NCBI GenBank assembly: GCA_002269645.1
Contig: NIVC01001779.1
Location: 85,607-149,606, forward strand
From: Macrostomum lignano
Taxonomy: Eukaryota
Length of the DNA stretch: 64,000 bases
Direction of reading: 5' to 3'
Shown: in pieces, positions 49,461-61,800 of the stretch
How positions within the stretch are numbered: position 1 is the stretch's first letter
Layout of the letters: each line of letters begins with the position of its first letter
Notes under the pieces: generated by a model
What the model was told of the DNA's origin: nothing
Databases searched by the model: none
What the model saw: the letters and a program-made list of their open reading frames with translations, nothing else
Position numbers and translations under genes: made by a program

Positions 49461-49975
49461 TTCAATATTTCTCTCATTCAGTTTTATAGCCCATCTGATT
49501 TTGTTTCCTGCATGCCAAACAACCGCAGGCATACCTAAGGATCATAAATTATTTGTAAGATTCAGCCGCCAGTTTTTATGTCTAAAGAGTTTACCGACTC
49601 AGTTCTTCAACAAAATACGAAATAGAAAGCAGTTTTTCCCGCGTATTGAATCGGTAATTATGGAGAAAAAAATGATTGAATACCAAGTGCAACTTTCACT
49701 CAGCAGTAAATTACTACCTCGAAATACAGCAGCAGTCTTTAATACTACTTTATTAAGTAGTAGGCTCATAGAAATCATAGAATACGACGAAAAACAAAAA
49801 AGTTTTATTATTAATAGACAGTTTTTGTTGCGATTGAGGTTGTAAAAACATTCTTATGAGTATAGAAAGTACTCATATTAATAAAAAAACGTTGAGCTTT
49901 TGCAGTATTGGCTGATGCGCGTTGGAAATTGTAAAGGTGCGCAACTTAAAGCGCAAAAGTTAGTAAGCATCTTAG

Positions 49976-50575
<600 letters not shown>

Positions 50576-50578
50576 ATT

Positions 50579-53270
50579 TCAGTCCCGATTCTTAGCCGAG
50601 CGGCAGCAGAAGCAGTTTAACTTCCCCATCATCATCCAGCATCTTTGTTCATTCTCGTTGCACTCGACAACTTCAAGTTTCACGGCAGTCGCCCGAGCTT
50701 GCAAGACGCACCGAGTCAGTTCTAGGAAAACTTCTCGCACGCCCAGACCAGATTTAGCGGACACAAGTCGATGCCCCATGGCAAGGCCCCAGCCATCGGC
50801 CCACTGGGCAGCCCGGCTTTTCTCCACCTGAGTTTCAGTCTCAGGTATGTCGGCTTTACAGCCGAGAAGCAGGCCGACACGTGCGTAGCTTGGGGCCTGT
50901 TGTATATTTGAGAATAGCTTGATTAAAAAACGGCCCTTTTGAGAGTCATAATATTTTCTGAATCGGATTTCCATTCTCCAATCATAAACCTGTAAGATTC
51001 ACTCTAACTCCCGATAGCAGAGGCATTCCACTAACCCTTATGAGTCACTCTCTTACCACCTTATGAGAGTCACCCTCTTACCCCATATGAGAGTCACTCT
51101 CTTACCCCACAGGAGGGTCACTCACTTGCCCCACATGATAGTCACTCTTACCCCATATGAGAGTCACTCTCTTGCCCCACATGAGAGTCACTCTCTTACC
51201 CATATGAGAGTCATTCTCTTACCCATACGGGAGTCACTCTCTTACCACCTTATGAGAGTCACCCTCTTACCACCTTATGAGAGTCACTCTCTTACCCATG
51301 TGAGAGTCACTCTCTTGCCCCACATGAGAGTTACTCTTTTACCACCATATGAGAGTCACTCGCTTGCCCAATATGAGAGTCACTCTCCCACCCACTATGA
51401 GACACTTTTCGACTCACTCTGAGAGTCACTCTCACATCCTCTATGATAGTCACCCGAAATTCTTTAAAAAACGTTTTGTTCTTCGCTAACCTGGCATCGG
51501 ACCATTGCATCGAGCTGCTCAAAGCTGTCCCAGCTGCCAACATCGTAGATAAAAATTATGGCATCAACTGCGCTGCAGTATTCACGTCGGAGCTCAGCAA
51601 ATCGAGAATCTCCTGAGGTGTCCCAGATCTGCTGGTGGCAGGTCACTCTGGATACGACATTGTGGTGAACTTTCTCTTAGCTGATAGAGAATTAGTGTAG
51701 GCCCTTCCGTACACTGATATGGTGCCACTGACACTCAATTAGGAGTCACTGACACAATCAATTAGGAGTCACTGACACAATCAATTATGAGTCACTGACA
51801 CAATCAATTAGGAGTCACTGACATAATCAATTAGGAGTCGCTGACACAATCAATTATGAGTCACTGACACAATCAATTAGGAGTCACTGACACAATCAAT
51901 TAGGAGTCACTGACACAATCAATGAGGAGTCACTGACACAATCAATTAGGAGTCACTGACACAATCAATTAGGAGTCACTGACACAATAAATTATGAGTC
52001 ACTGACACTCAATTATGAGTCACTGACACAATCAATTAGAAGTCACTGACACAATCAATTAGGAGTCACTGACACAATCAATTAGGAGTCACTGACACAA
52101 TCAATTAGGAGTCACTGACATAATCAATTAGGAGTCACTGACACAATCAATTAGGAGTCACTGACATAATCAATACTCAATTAGGAGTCACTGACACAAT
52201 CAATTAGAAGTCACTGACACAATCAATTAGGAGTCACTGACACAATCAATTAGGAGTCACTGACACAATCAATTAGGAGTCACTTACACAATCAATTAGG
52301 AGTCACTGACACAATCAATATTCAATTAGGAGTCACTGACACAATCAATTAGGAGTCACTGACACAATCAATTAGGAGTCACTGACACAATCAATGAGGA
52401 GTCACTGACACAATCAATTAGGAGTCACTGACACAATCAATTAGGAGTCACTGACACAATAAATTATGAGTCACTGACACTCAATTATGAGTCACTGACA
52501 CAATCAATTAGAAGTCACTGACACAATCAATTAGGAGTCACTGACACAATCAATTAGGAGTCACTGACACAATCAATTAGGAGTCACTGACATAATCAAT
52601 TAGGAGTCACTGACACAATCAATTAGGAGTCACTGACATAATCAATACTCAATTAGGAGTCACTGACACAATCAATTAGAAGTCACTGACACAATCAATT
52701 AGGAGTCACTGACACAATCAATTAGGAGTCACTGACACAATCAATTAGGAGTCACTTACACAATCAATTAGGAGTCACTGACACAATCAATATTCAATTA
52801 GGAGTCACTGACACAATCAATTAGGAGTCACTGACATAATCAATACTCAATTAGGAGTCACTGACACAATCAATATTCAATTAGGAGTCACTGACACAAT
52901 CAATTAGGAGTCACTGACATAATCAATACTCAATTAGGAGTCACTGACATAATCAATACTCAATTAGGAGTTACTGACATAATCAATACTCAATTAGGAG
53001 TCACTGACTTAATCAATAATCAACTCGATTAGAGGATCAAACCTTTACTCACACCACTCCTCTCTCACGAGCCGTTTCCTCCTGGTGGTCACCCAGTCGC
53101 ACATGGGCTAATCGATAATTCACTCCAATTGTGGGCTCAGCCTGGGTTTCTGAACAGCTCAGGTACCTGTTGAGCAGGCTAGTCTTGCCGACACCGCTCG
53201 CGCCAACCAGAGCGATTCGAACTACCTCGTTACGGTGGCAAATTATTTTGTCTGTTTCAATTTCAGTCAT
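50579..53270 (-). CDS. Atypical Rab-like small GTPase A; complement join(50579..50896,51491..51647,53053..53270), 230 aa
   Basis: G1 GASGVGKTS, G2 PTIGV, G3 WDTSGD, G4 GCKAD, G5 SAKSG. GT-AG introns of phase 2 and 0 keep frame. Confidence 0.88.
51040..51435. repeat. ~22-25-bp minisatellite ATGAGAGTCACTCTCTTACCCC in GTPase A intron 2
   Basis: Degenerate tandem copies. Confidence 0.85.
51735..53015. repeat. 23-bp minisatellite AGGAGTCACTGACACAATCAATT filling GTPase A intron 1
   Basis: Direct tandem copies. Confidence 0.96.
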
Positions 53271-53517
53271 TTTCGAGGCTTGATTTTGTTCATCTTTTGC
53301 AAGGAACAATTTTTGCACTAATATATTTATTGTAAAAAAAATTAGATAAACTTATCAAGCCCGTGTTGTCCGGCAGTTTTCCTAGTGTTTCCCGTGTTGC
53401 AATCTAAATTTACCTCTTGTAGTTAATTTTAGCTTCAGGTTAACTGCTGGAAAATACATACGAGTACTGCGCGTCTCTAATATGCCTATGCTACTGCAAC
53501 AGCTCGAGATATTTTTA

Positions 53518-54570
53518 CTCTGGCGCCACCGACACTGAAACTCTGGCGCCACCGACACTGCAACTCTGGCGCCACCGGCACTGCAACACTGGCGCCACCG
53601 ACACTGCAACTCTGGCGCCACCGACACTGCAACTCTGGCGCCACCGACACTGCAACTCTGGCGCCACCGACACTGCAACTCTGGCGCCACCGACACTGCA
53701 ACTCTGGCGCCACCGACACTGCAACTCTGGCGCCACCGACACTGCAACTCTGGCGCCACCGACACTGCAACTCTGGCGCCACCGACACTGCAACTCTGGC
53801 GCCACCGACACTGCAACTCTGGCGCTACTGGCACTGTAACTCTGGCGCCACCGACACTGCAACTCTGGCGCCACCGACACTGCAACTCTGGCGCCACCGA
53901 CACTGCAACTCTGGCGCTACTGGCACTGTAACTCTGGCGCCACTGACACTGCAACTCTGGCGCCACCGACACTGTAACTCTGGCGCCACCGACACTGCAA
54001 CTCTGGCGCCACCGACACTGCAACTCTGGCGCCACCGACACTGCAACTCTGGCGCCACCGACACTGCAACTCTGGCGCTACTGGCACTGTAACTCTGGCG
54101 CCACCGACACTGCAACTCTGGCGCCACCGACACTGCAACTCTGGCGCCACCGACACTGCAACTCTGGCGCTACTGGCACTGTAACTCTGGCGCCACTGAC
54201 ACTGCAACTCTGGCGCCACCGACACTGCAACTCTGGCGCCACCGACACTGCAACTCTGGCGCCACCGACACTGCAACTCTGGCGCCACCGACACTGCAAC
54301 TCTGGCGCCACTGACACTGCAACTCTGGCGCCACCGACACTGCAACTCTGGCGCCACCGACACTGCAACTCTGGCGCTACTGGTACTGTAACTCTGGCGC
54401 CACCGACACTGCAACTCTGGCGCCACCGACACTGCAACTCTGGCGCTACTGGCACTGTAACTCTGGCGCCACTGACACTGCAACTCTGCCGCCACCGACA
54501 CTGCAACTCTGGCGCTACTGGCACTGCAACTCTGGCGCCACCGACACTTCAACTCTGGCGCCACTGCATA
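53518..54570. repeat. 23-bp minisatellite CTCTGGCGCCACCGACACTGCAA between the divergent GTPase genes
   Basis: Period 23 (53641, 53664); ~45 copies. Confidence 0.96.
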
Positions 54571-55034
54571 GCGATAACTTGGCGTAATTTCAACCAAATT
54601 TGACGCTTACCTGGCGCCAAGAGTTCCAATTTTACTGGCGCCCAATTTCGCTCATTCTGTTCGGAAACAATTTCCTTTCTGTTACTAAAAATAGATTCAG
54701 TGATTTTTTATTTACCTACTCTTATATCTGGCGTGTTTACTCCCACACAGAATCCTAGCAATCAGAGATCTGAGGGCTTCCATGCTTGTAGACGCAATGC
54801 CCCAATAACTGTTATCTACGTTATATGCTTTTGAATAGCCTAACAAAATTTCAAGCCCCACCCGGCCTTATCAAAGTTGAGCAATAAAAACAGGCTGTTG
54901 AAGTAGTTGGTGGGGTGAGTCATTTCTACTGCTAATCTGTTTTTGTTTATAAAAATTGGCTGCACTGTATAAATAAAAGCTGCATTTCGTTTTCAGTCAG
55001 AGTGGTTATTGAACAGCAGCTCTATTAGGTCGAT

Positions 55035-56761
55035 ATGGAAGAGTCACAATTCAACTCAAAGCCAAGACACTTCACTGTTCTGCTACTGGGTGACTCCGGT
55101 GTTGGCAAAACTGCGATAGTGAATCGATTGATTTTTGGTAAATTTCTTGCTGACAGCTTGCCAACTGTGGAAGCGAGCTCGCATCCGCTGGAGAAGGCGG
55201 ATGGACAGGCGGATGTTCAGGTGAAGATTCAGACACTTTCCTATTGACTTCTGTCTGTTTTCCATGACTACATGACTAGATTCCTACATGTGCATTACTT
55301 TGATAATCGGTGTTTTAGGCGCTCATTTTTGGCGCGCAGGCACTCATTCTTGGCGCCGCAAACACTCATTTTTGGCGCCGCAGGCACTCATTTTGGCGCC
55401 GCAGGCACTCATTTTGTGCACCGCAAACACTCATTTTTGGCGCCGCAGGCACTCACTTTGGCACCACAGGCACTCATTTTGGCGCCACAGGCACTCATTT
55501 TGGCGCCGCAGACAGACACTTATTTTGGCGCCGCAAGCCCTCATTTAGTGCCTGCGGCGCCAACTGCCGCTCGGGATCAGCGACAGGGGTTGTGGCCAAT
55601 TTAAAATCAAGCTCAAAGTTTCGCATCATTGAAAGATGAAAATCTCTTCCATTTACCTCGTGAGAATCACTCGATTTTATAACAGCCACGAAACCTTAGC
55701 TATAACTAGCAATCTAGTGCCCCGCGTCGGGGCGCCCCGTAAGCAAGCATTGGAAATTATTTATTTGAATCCAATATGCCTTGATACCTAAGCAATTTCC
55801 CCAGTAAGCCTTGACATCTCAGCAATTTCCCCAGTAAGCCTTGACATCTCAGCAATTCCCCCAGTAAGCCTCGACATCTCAGCAATTCCCCCAGTAAGCC
55901 TTGACATCTCAGATATTCCCCCAGTAAGCCTTGACATCTCAGCAATTCCCCCAGTAAGCCTTGACATCTCAGCAATTCCCCCAGTAAGCCTTGACATCTC
56001 AGCAATTCCCTTAGTAAGCCTTGACATCTCAGCAATTCCCCCAGTAAGCCTTGACATCTCAGCAATTCCCCCAGTAAGCCTTGACATCTCAGATATTCCC
56101 CCAGTAAGCCTTGACATCTCAGCAATTCCCTTAGTAAGCATCGCACGACAACCCCTTAATTAAGAAGAGAATCAGACGCGCTTACCGGGAACTGCTCTGT
56201 CCTTGACTAACTAGCTATTCGTTTTACCCCCCCCCCCGCCAGATTTTAGACACATCTGGTAGAGCACGATTCTGGCCTAGCATCATCAGTTGCCACCTTG
56301 CCACAGCCTCCGCTGCCATCCTCGTGTACGATGCCACCAATCGGGAGAGTCTTCGCCAGCTCGACATCCGGCTAGCAGCCCTCCAGCTCTGCGGACAATC
56401 CGGCCTCGAGATTATCGTGGTTGGCAACAAAACCGATCTGTGCAGCCCAGCTAACAGACAGCATCAGGTTTCGCCGGCAGAAGGCCGGCTGTGGTCTGAG
56501 CAGCGCTGTCTAAGGTACTACTCCGTGTCGGCCAAGACTGGACTCGTTCTCGGGTGCGGCAGTGGCCAAACTGTGACATCCGTGTTTGCCAATTTAATTG
56601 CCAGATTCGATGTGCAGAAGAAGCCAGAAGGCTGTCTTGCAGTCGCAGAAGACAAGCGATGCCACTGGAAACCCTTTCAGACTTGTTGGACGTGGCTCAG
56701 CTGCTTTGCTCAATCTCAATCGCTGAGATTTCGTCGCAGATGTTCAGTGGACCCAGTTTAA
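55035..56761 (+). CDS. Atypical Rab-like small GTPase B; join(55035..55220,56243..56761), 234 aa
   Basis: G1 GDSGVGKTA, G2 PTVE, G3 LDTSGR, G4 GNKTD, G5 SAKTG. Phase-0 GT-AG intron 55221-56242. Confidence 0.88.
55320..55560. repeat. ~22-24-bp minisatellite CACTCATTTTTGGCGCCGCAGG in the GTPase B intron
   Basis: Direct tandem copies. Confidence 0.88.
55790..56140. repeat. 30-bp minisatellite CCAGTAAGCCTTGACATCTCAGCAATTCCC in the GTPase B intron
   Basis: Period 30; related to the 10252 array. Confidence 0.95.
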
Positions 56762-57472
56762 CAAATGTTAAATCATTTGATATTTGGTTTAATACTGACT
56801 TATCCCTGAAATATGCAAAAATTATTAAGTTATGAGTCGAGAAATACGTTGCTTTAATTTCATACCGCTTAAAATGCAATTTTTCATCGCGCTTATGTTT
56901 GTAACTTTTTTAATTAAAATGATTTCTTTATTTGTTTGTCTCTCTGACGATTGTCTGAGTAGACGTCTAATTGCTGGTCTAAAAAGACTTTAACTGGTCT
57001 AATTTAAGTCTAATTACAGAAACTTGCAGACCTGCAGACTAGAGACTTCCGGAAGATTACGAGTTATGGGAATGAATGTTTTGCTGACAGAGGCAAATGC
57101 CTGGTCTGAGGGGGGAGGGCGGGCGGAGGGGCGGCTCAGAGCCACTCCTGCCATAAAAAGCCATACCGCCATCAAAAGGAATCATTTAGTCTAACGAAAT
57201 ATCCCTATTCCACATGCATAGAAGTCTATTCGATTGAAGACTTTTAGCATCGCTAACCAGCATTATCAGCAGTGGTCTGACAGAAAATGACTATTGTTTT
57301 GCAGTTGAAGCTTCTCTCTCCCTCCCTTACTTCCTCTCTCAATGCAGCAATTGCTCCGAATCGATACAGCGCGCAGTTACTGCAGATCGAAGCCCAAGCC
57401 GAGCATAGTTGCGTCTGAGCCCGTCTCTGTGGAGCTCCGTCGGTGCGGACCCTTCCCCCAAACTGCCTCCCT

Positions 57473-57660
<188 letters not shown>

Positions 57661-58897
57661 CTTTGAAATCACCTGCCCCGCTTTGACTAACTGTCCAGCT
57701 AGGCAGCTCCATGAGATATTGAACGGCGGATTGGGTGGTCACCCTGGCGGATACCGCTGAGTTAGGCTGCGCGGCAGACGGCAACGTCGGTGAATAATTG
57801 CCGGATCGTAGCTGCTTCTAGGAGCCGCAGCCGGTTGCTGGGGGGGGGGGGCGACGGTGGGTTTGGAGACGGTGGGCTATGGGAAGACCTCCCAACATGG
57901 CCTCGTCGCGCAATTCAACCAAGGAGACCTAGCACCAGAATCTGGAGAAGCAGCTCCTCCGTAACCCTCCCTTTTCGATACGCGAAACGGCTTACATTAC
58001 AGCAAATTATATGATGTTCCACATCGTAGTTTGAGTAACCTCCTAGTAACTTTGGCTTGGCTAAACCAATATTTATCAACTTGGTTTCACATTCTACTTT
58101 TCTAACGTAGAAATCAATAGACCATGACATGGTTTTGACGAAAGTGGTTTAAAACACAGTCTTTTACTGTGTAAACTGAAGAATGTCTAAGTGTATGAAT
58201 ATTTTTTTCATGGTGATATTCAATAAAAGCTGGTTGTGAGAAAGTGCAATCATCGCAGCTAATATTTGTCAAGGATTAAAACAATTTTCCAATAACTTTT
58301 TAACGTTTGGCTCGATTGTGCGTAACTTATGTGTCTTCGAAAATCTTGTCAAAGCCGACTTATTCGAAATCCAATAATTTGTAATAGAGATGCGGAGAAC
58401 TTGTTCATTTATAAACTGAAACCATTTTCAGCTCAGTTTGTCTGTCTACCTGTTGTATTCCAAACTGAAAAAAAAACTACAATCAGCCTTATGGTGTCTA
58501 GAAAATGAAGGCTCGGGGGAACTGTTGGCACTCCAGGTTCGAGCTTTTAGCTCACCTTGGCTCGGCTCGAGCTTCGACCATCGGAATCGATTCAATGAGC
58601 AGCAGCACAACCCCAACGCCCATTCCTCTGCTGCGAGAGTCATTCCGCGCCGCTCCCCCAGGGCTGGTGGTTTCAACAGGCAGACAGGAGTGGGAGCTCA
58701 TGGTCTGTCGCTATGCTGGTAGCGCGGCTGGGGAGGCGGGCTGGCGGTCCAGCAACAGGTGGTTGCGCTCCTGAAGTCGGCATTTATTTCGCCCCGCAGA
58801 CCCGTTCCGAAAGTTGCGACTCTTGCGCGCCAGCAAGAAACCAGCGAGTTAATATTATCTTATCCACTCTCTTCAGCTGGGAATCTCCTTTGCAGCC

Positions 58898-61800
58898 ATG
58901 GCAGGGGTAAGTCTCAAAGCTTCCACTATGATGCACTTGTAGATCCAGTTTGTAGATCAGGTAACATTAGATCCGTTGCATTGGACTAAAAATTTGCTCA
59001 GTTTGTGGATCAAGTTGTTGAGCTGCATTGGACTCAAAATGTCTTCAGTTTAGTAGATCAAGTTGTTGAGTTGCATTGGACTCAAAATTTGCTCAGTTTG
59101 TGGATCAAGTTTTTGAGTTGCATTGGACTCAAAATTTGCTCAGTTTGTGGATCAAGTGGTTGGGTTGCATTGGACTCAAAATGTCTTCAGTTTGTAGATC
59201 AAGTTGTTGGGTTGCATTAGACTCAAAATGTCTTCAGTTTGTAGATCAATTTGTTGCAAGTTGTTAAAGTTGTTGCATTGGACTCAAAATTTGCTCAGTC
59301 TGTGGATCAAGTTGTTGAGTTGCATTGGACTCCAAATGTCTTCAGTTTGTAGATCATGTAGTGCTTCGATAAAAACTTGAGTATATTCAGTCTCTAACTA
59401 AATAATACGATGTAATAATTTCTTTAGCTAAGTCTAAACTAAGTAGCTCTTGCCATTGATGACGCTCCACTGTTTTTCAATCCCCAAACAGCTCAAAGGA
59501 ATCTTCCTGCTGACGGTAGTCACTCTGGCGCTACTCACCGAATATTCCTCAGCGGTTTCGCCAACCAAGCTCTGTCCAAAAAGCTACACAAAGAAAGGAA
59601 AATGCGTGAAGGAGCGCCGGGTCACCACTACGGTGCACTACGGCTACGACCGCACGAGCGGCAACTGCGTCAAGCGTGAATCGCGGGTTGCACGACGCTG
59701 CGGCCTTGGTAAGCTGCTGGAAATTGTTGCTGAATTGAACAAAATGCACCGTTAACGACTCTGTAGCATTATGGTTAACTGGGACCAATAGTTCGCTAAC
59801 ACTTTGATTGCTTGAATTGTTCTCTGCTCATTTCAGACTCCGAATCTGCGTGCCGATGCTACATCAGCGGCGATCCGCACTACGTCTCGTTCGACGGCCA
59901 GAACATGCACTTCTTCGGCAAGTGCACCTACGTTCTAACCAAGCCGGTCAGCGGGGCGAGCAAAGGCTGCAGATGGAGCATCTTAGGCAAGAACCGCATG
60001 CGCGGCGGCAGTCCCTACACCTACCTGGAGGAGCTCATCGTCAACATCAACGGGAAGGCCTATCGGCTGTCCCAGAAGCGGCGCCTCTACATCGGCAAGG
60101 TGTTCCACGGGCTGCCTTATCGCATCCACAAACCGGACGTGATGGTGCAGTACATGGGCAACAAGATCGTGCTCCACTCCAGGCAGTGCGGAATCCGCGT
60201 CTCCTTTGACGGCGACGCTGAGGCCATCATTAAGGTGCAGGCCAGGTACCGCAACAAGCTGTCTGGTATCTGCGGCAACTGCGACGGCAAGCGGAATGAC
60301 CTGAGGTGAGTTGATGTCATTGAAACGCGACGCAAAAGTCAATTGCCGGCAGCACTTGTTGTATCCGATGAAAGCGATGAACTGCACACTTCAAGTAACG
60401 TACGCTCGTAGCTGTAGTGCATTTTGTCCTAAATCTATTCTTTACTCTTGCAGCCTCGTCTCTTCCCTTACTTTTCTATTCTGATCCACGATTATGAGGA
60501 TACGTTAGCTTACCTGTCTGTATGATTTAGCATGCTAAAGCTTGCATCGCTACTACTGGCTTTATTATCGTTCGCTTTTAGAACTGCGTCTGGTCGCAAC
60601 GTGAGCGGAATGAAGAACAAGTTCACCCTGATCGGCAACTCCTACTTGGCTCCCGGCACCTCGAAATCCTGCAGCGGCCCGAACTCTGTCCGCTGCAGCT
60701 CCGCCCAGATGTCCAAAGCCATGAAGGCCTGCAAAAGTCTCATCAACTCCGCCTCCCCGTTCCGTCGGTGCATGAAGAATGGCGGCCTTAGCCTGGACAG
60801 ATACTACACGTGAGTCAGCGTAATTTTTAAATTTAGAGCTAGACAAATGGATAGACAGATGGAAATCACTGCAAGTAACTTAAGTATAGTTTAGAGATGT
60901 AGAAAAGCAGTCGCCCACGTCGGATTGCTGTACGGGTATGATGCTGATGAGGGCTAACCTTGCAGACACCAAGTGTGTCCGTGTCTGGTGACAAGAAAGT
61001 CATAGCCGATGTACACCTCGTGTGAGTGTATGACTGCCGACGTATCCGCGTGTGTGTGTTCGGGGCTCAGGGGTGGCTGCGGGTCTACACTATCATCTTG
61101 ATTTCCAGATAGTGCCTGAAGCTGTCCAGCAAACTTTGTCATTGAAATATTAACAGTTGTCGAGACAGGCAAATAAGAGCATGGTTTTACTATAATCACT
61201 TACGGCATGAAAATGCGTAGACCCACCAGTCCAAATACCAAACTCTGCTTCTTCAGCGACTGCATGCAGGACATGTGCGCCGCTTCGCACTTCGCCCGGA
61301 AATCGCTGATCCGCGAGGCCCGCTGCCAGAGCTACGCCGCTGCCGCCGAGATCTGTGCCAGCAAAGGCTTCCCCAGCAAGGACTGGCGCAGCGCTGCGGG
61401 CTGCCCGCTTCGCTGCCCGAGCGGAATGCGCTACGAGTCCAACAGGAAGACCTGTCAGAAGACCTGCGAGAGCTTGTTCTTCGGCGTCAACTCTTGTCCG
61501 CAAATGCGCAGCGAGGGCTGCTTCTGCAAGCCCGGCCTCGTGCTGGACGGTAACCTGTGCGTCAAGAAGGAGGATTGTCGCTGTCTCCGTGAGTGTTACA
61601 CTGTCTACTGATATAGTAGTACTGTTGGGCGTGATTTTCTATCCCTGATGATAGATTATAGCCAGCTTCAACGATAGCTTCATAGGTAGATTGTAGTTAG
61701 CTTCAATGATTCAGTTTGGCTCTTGACTGTTGTATTTCTACTCTACAATCACATGCATGTAGTAACGAATCGGAGTTGGAAATTGCATAGTATGAAGTTA

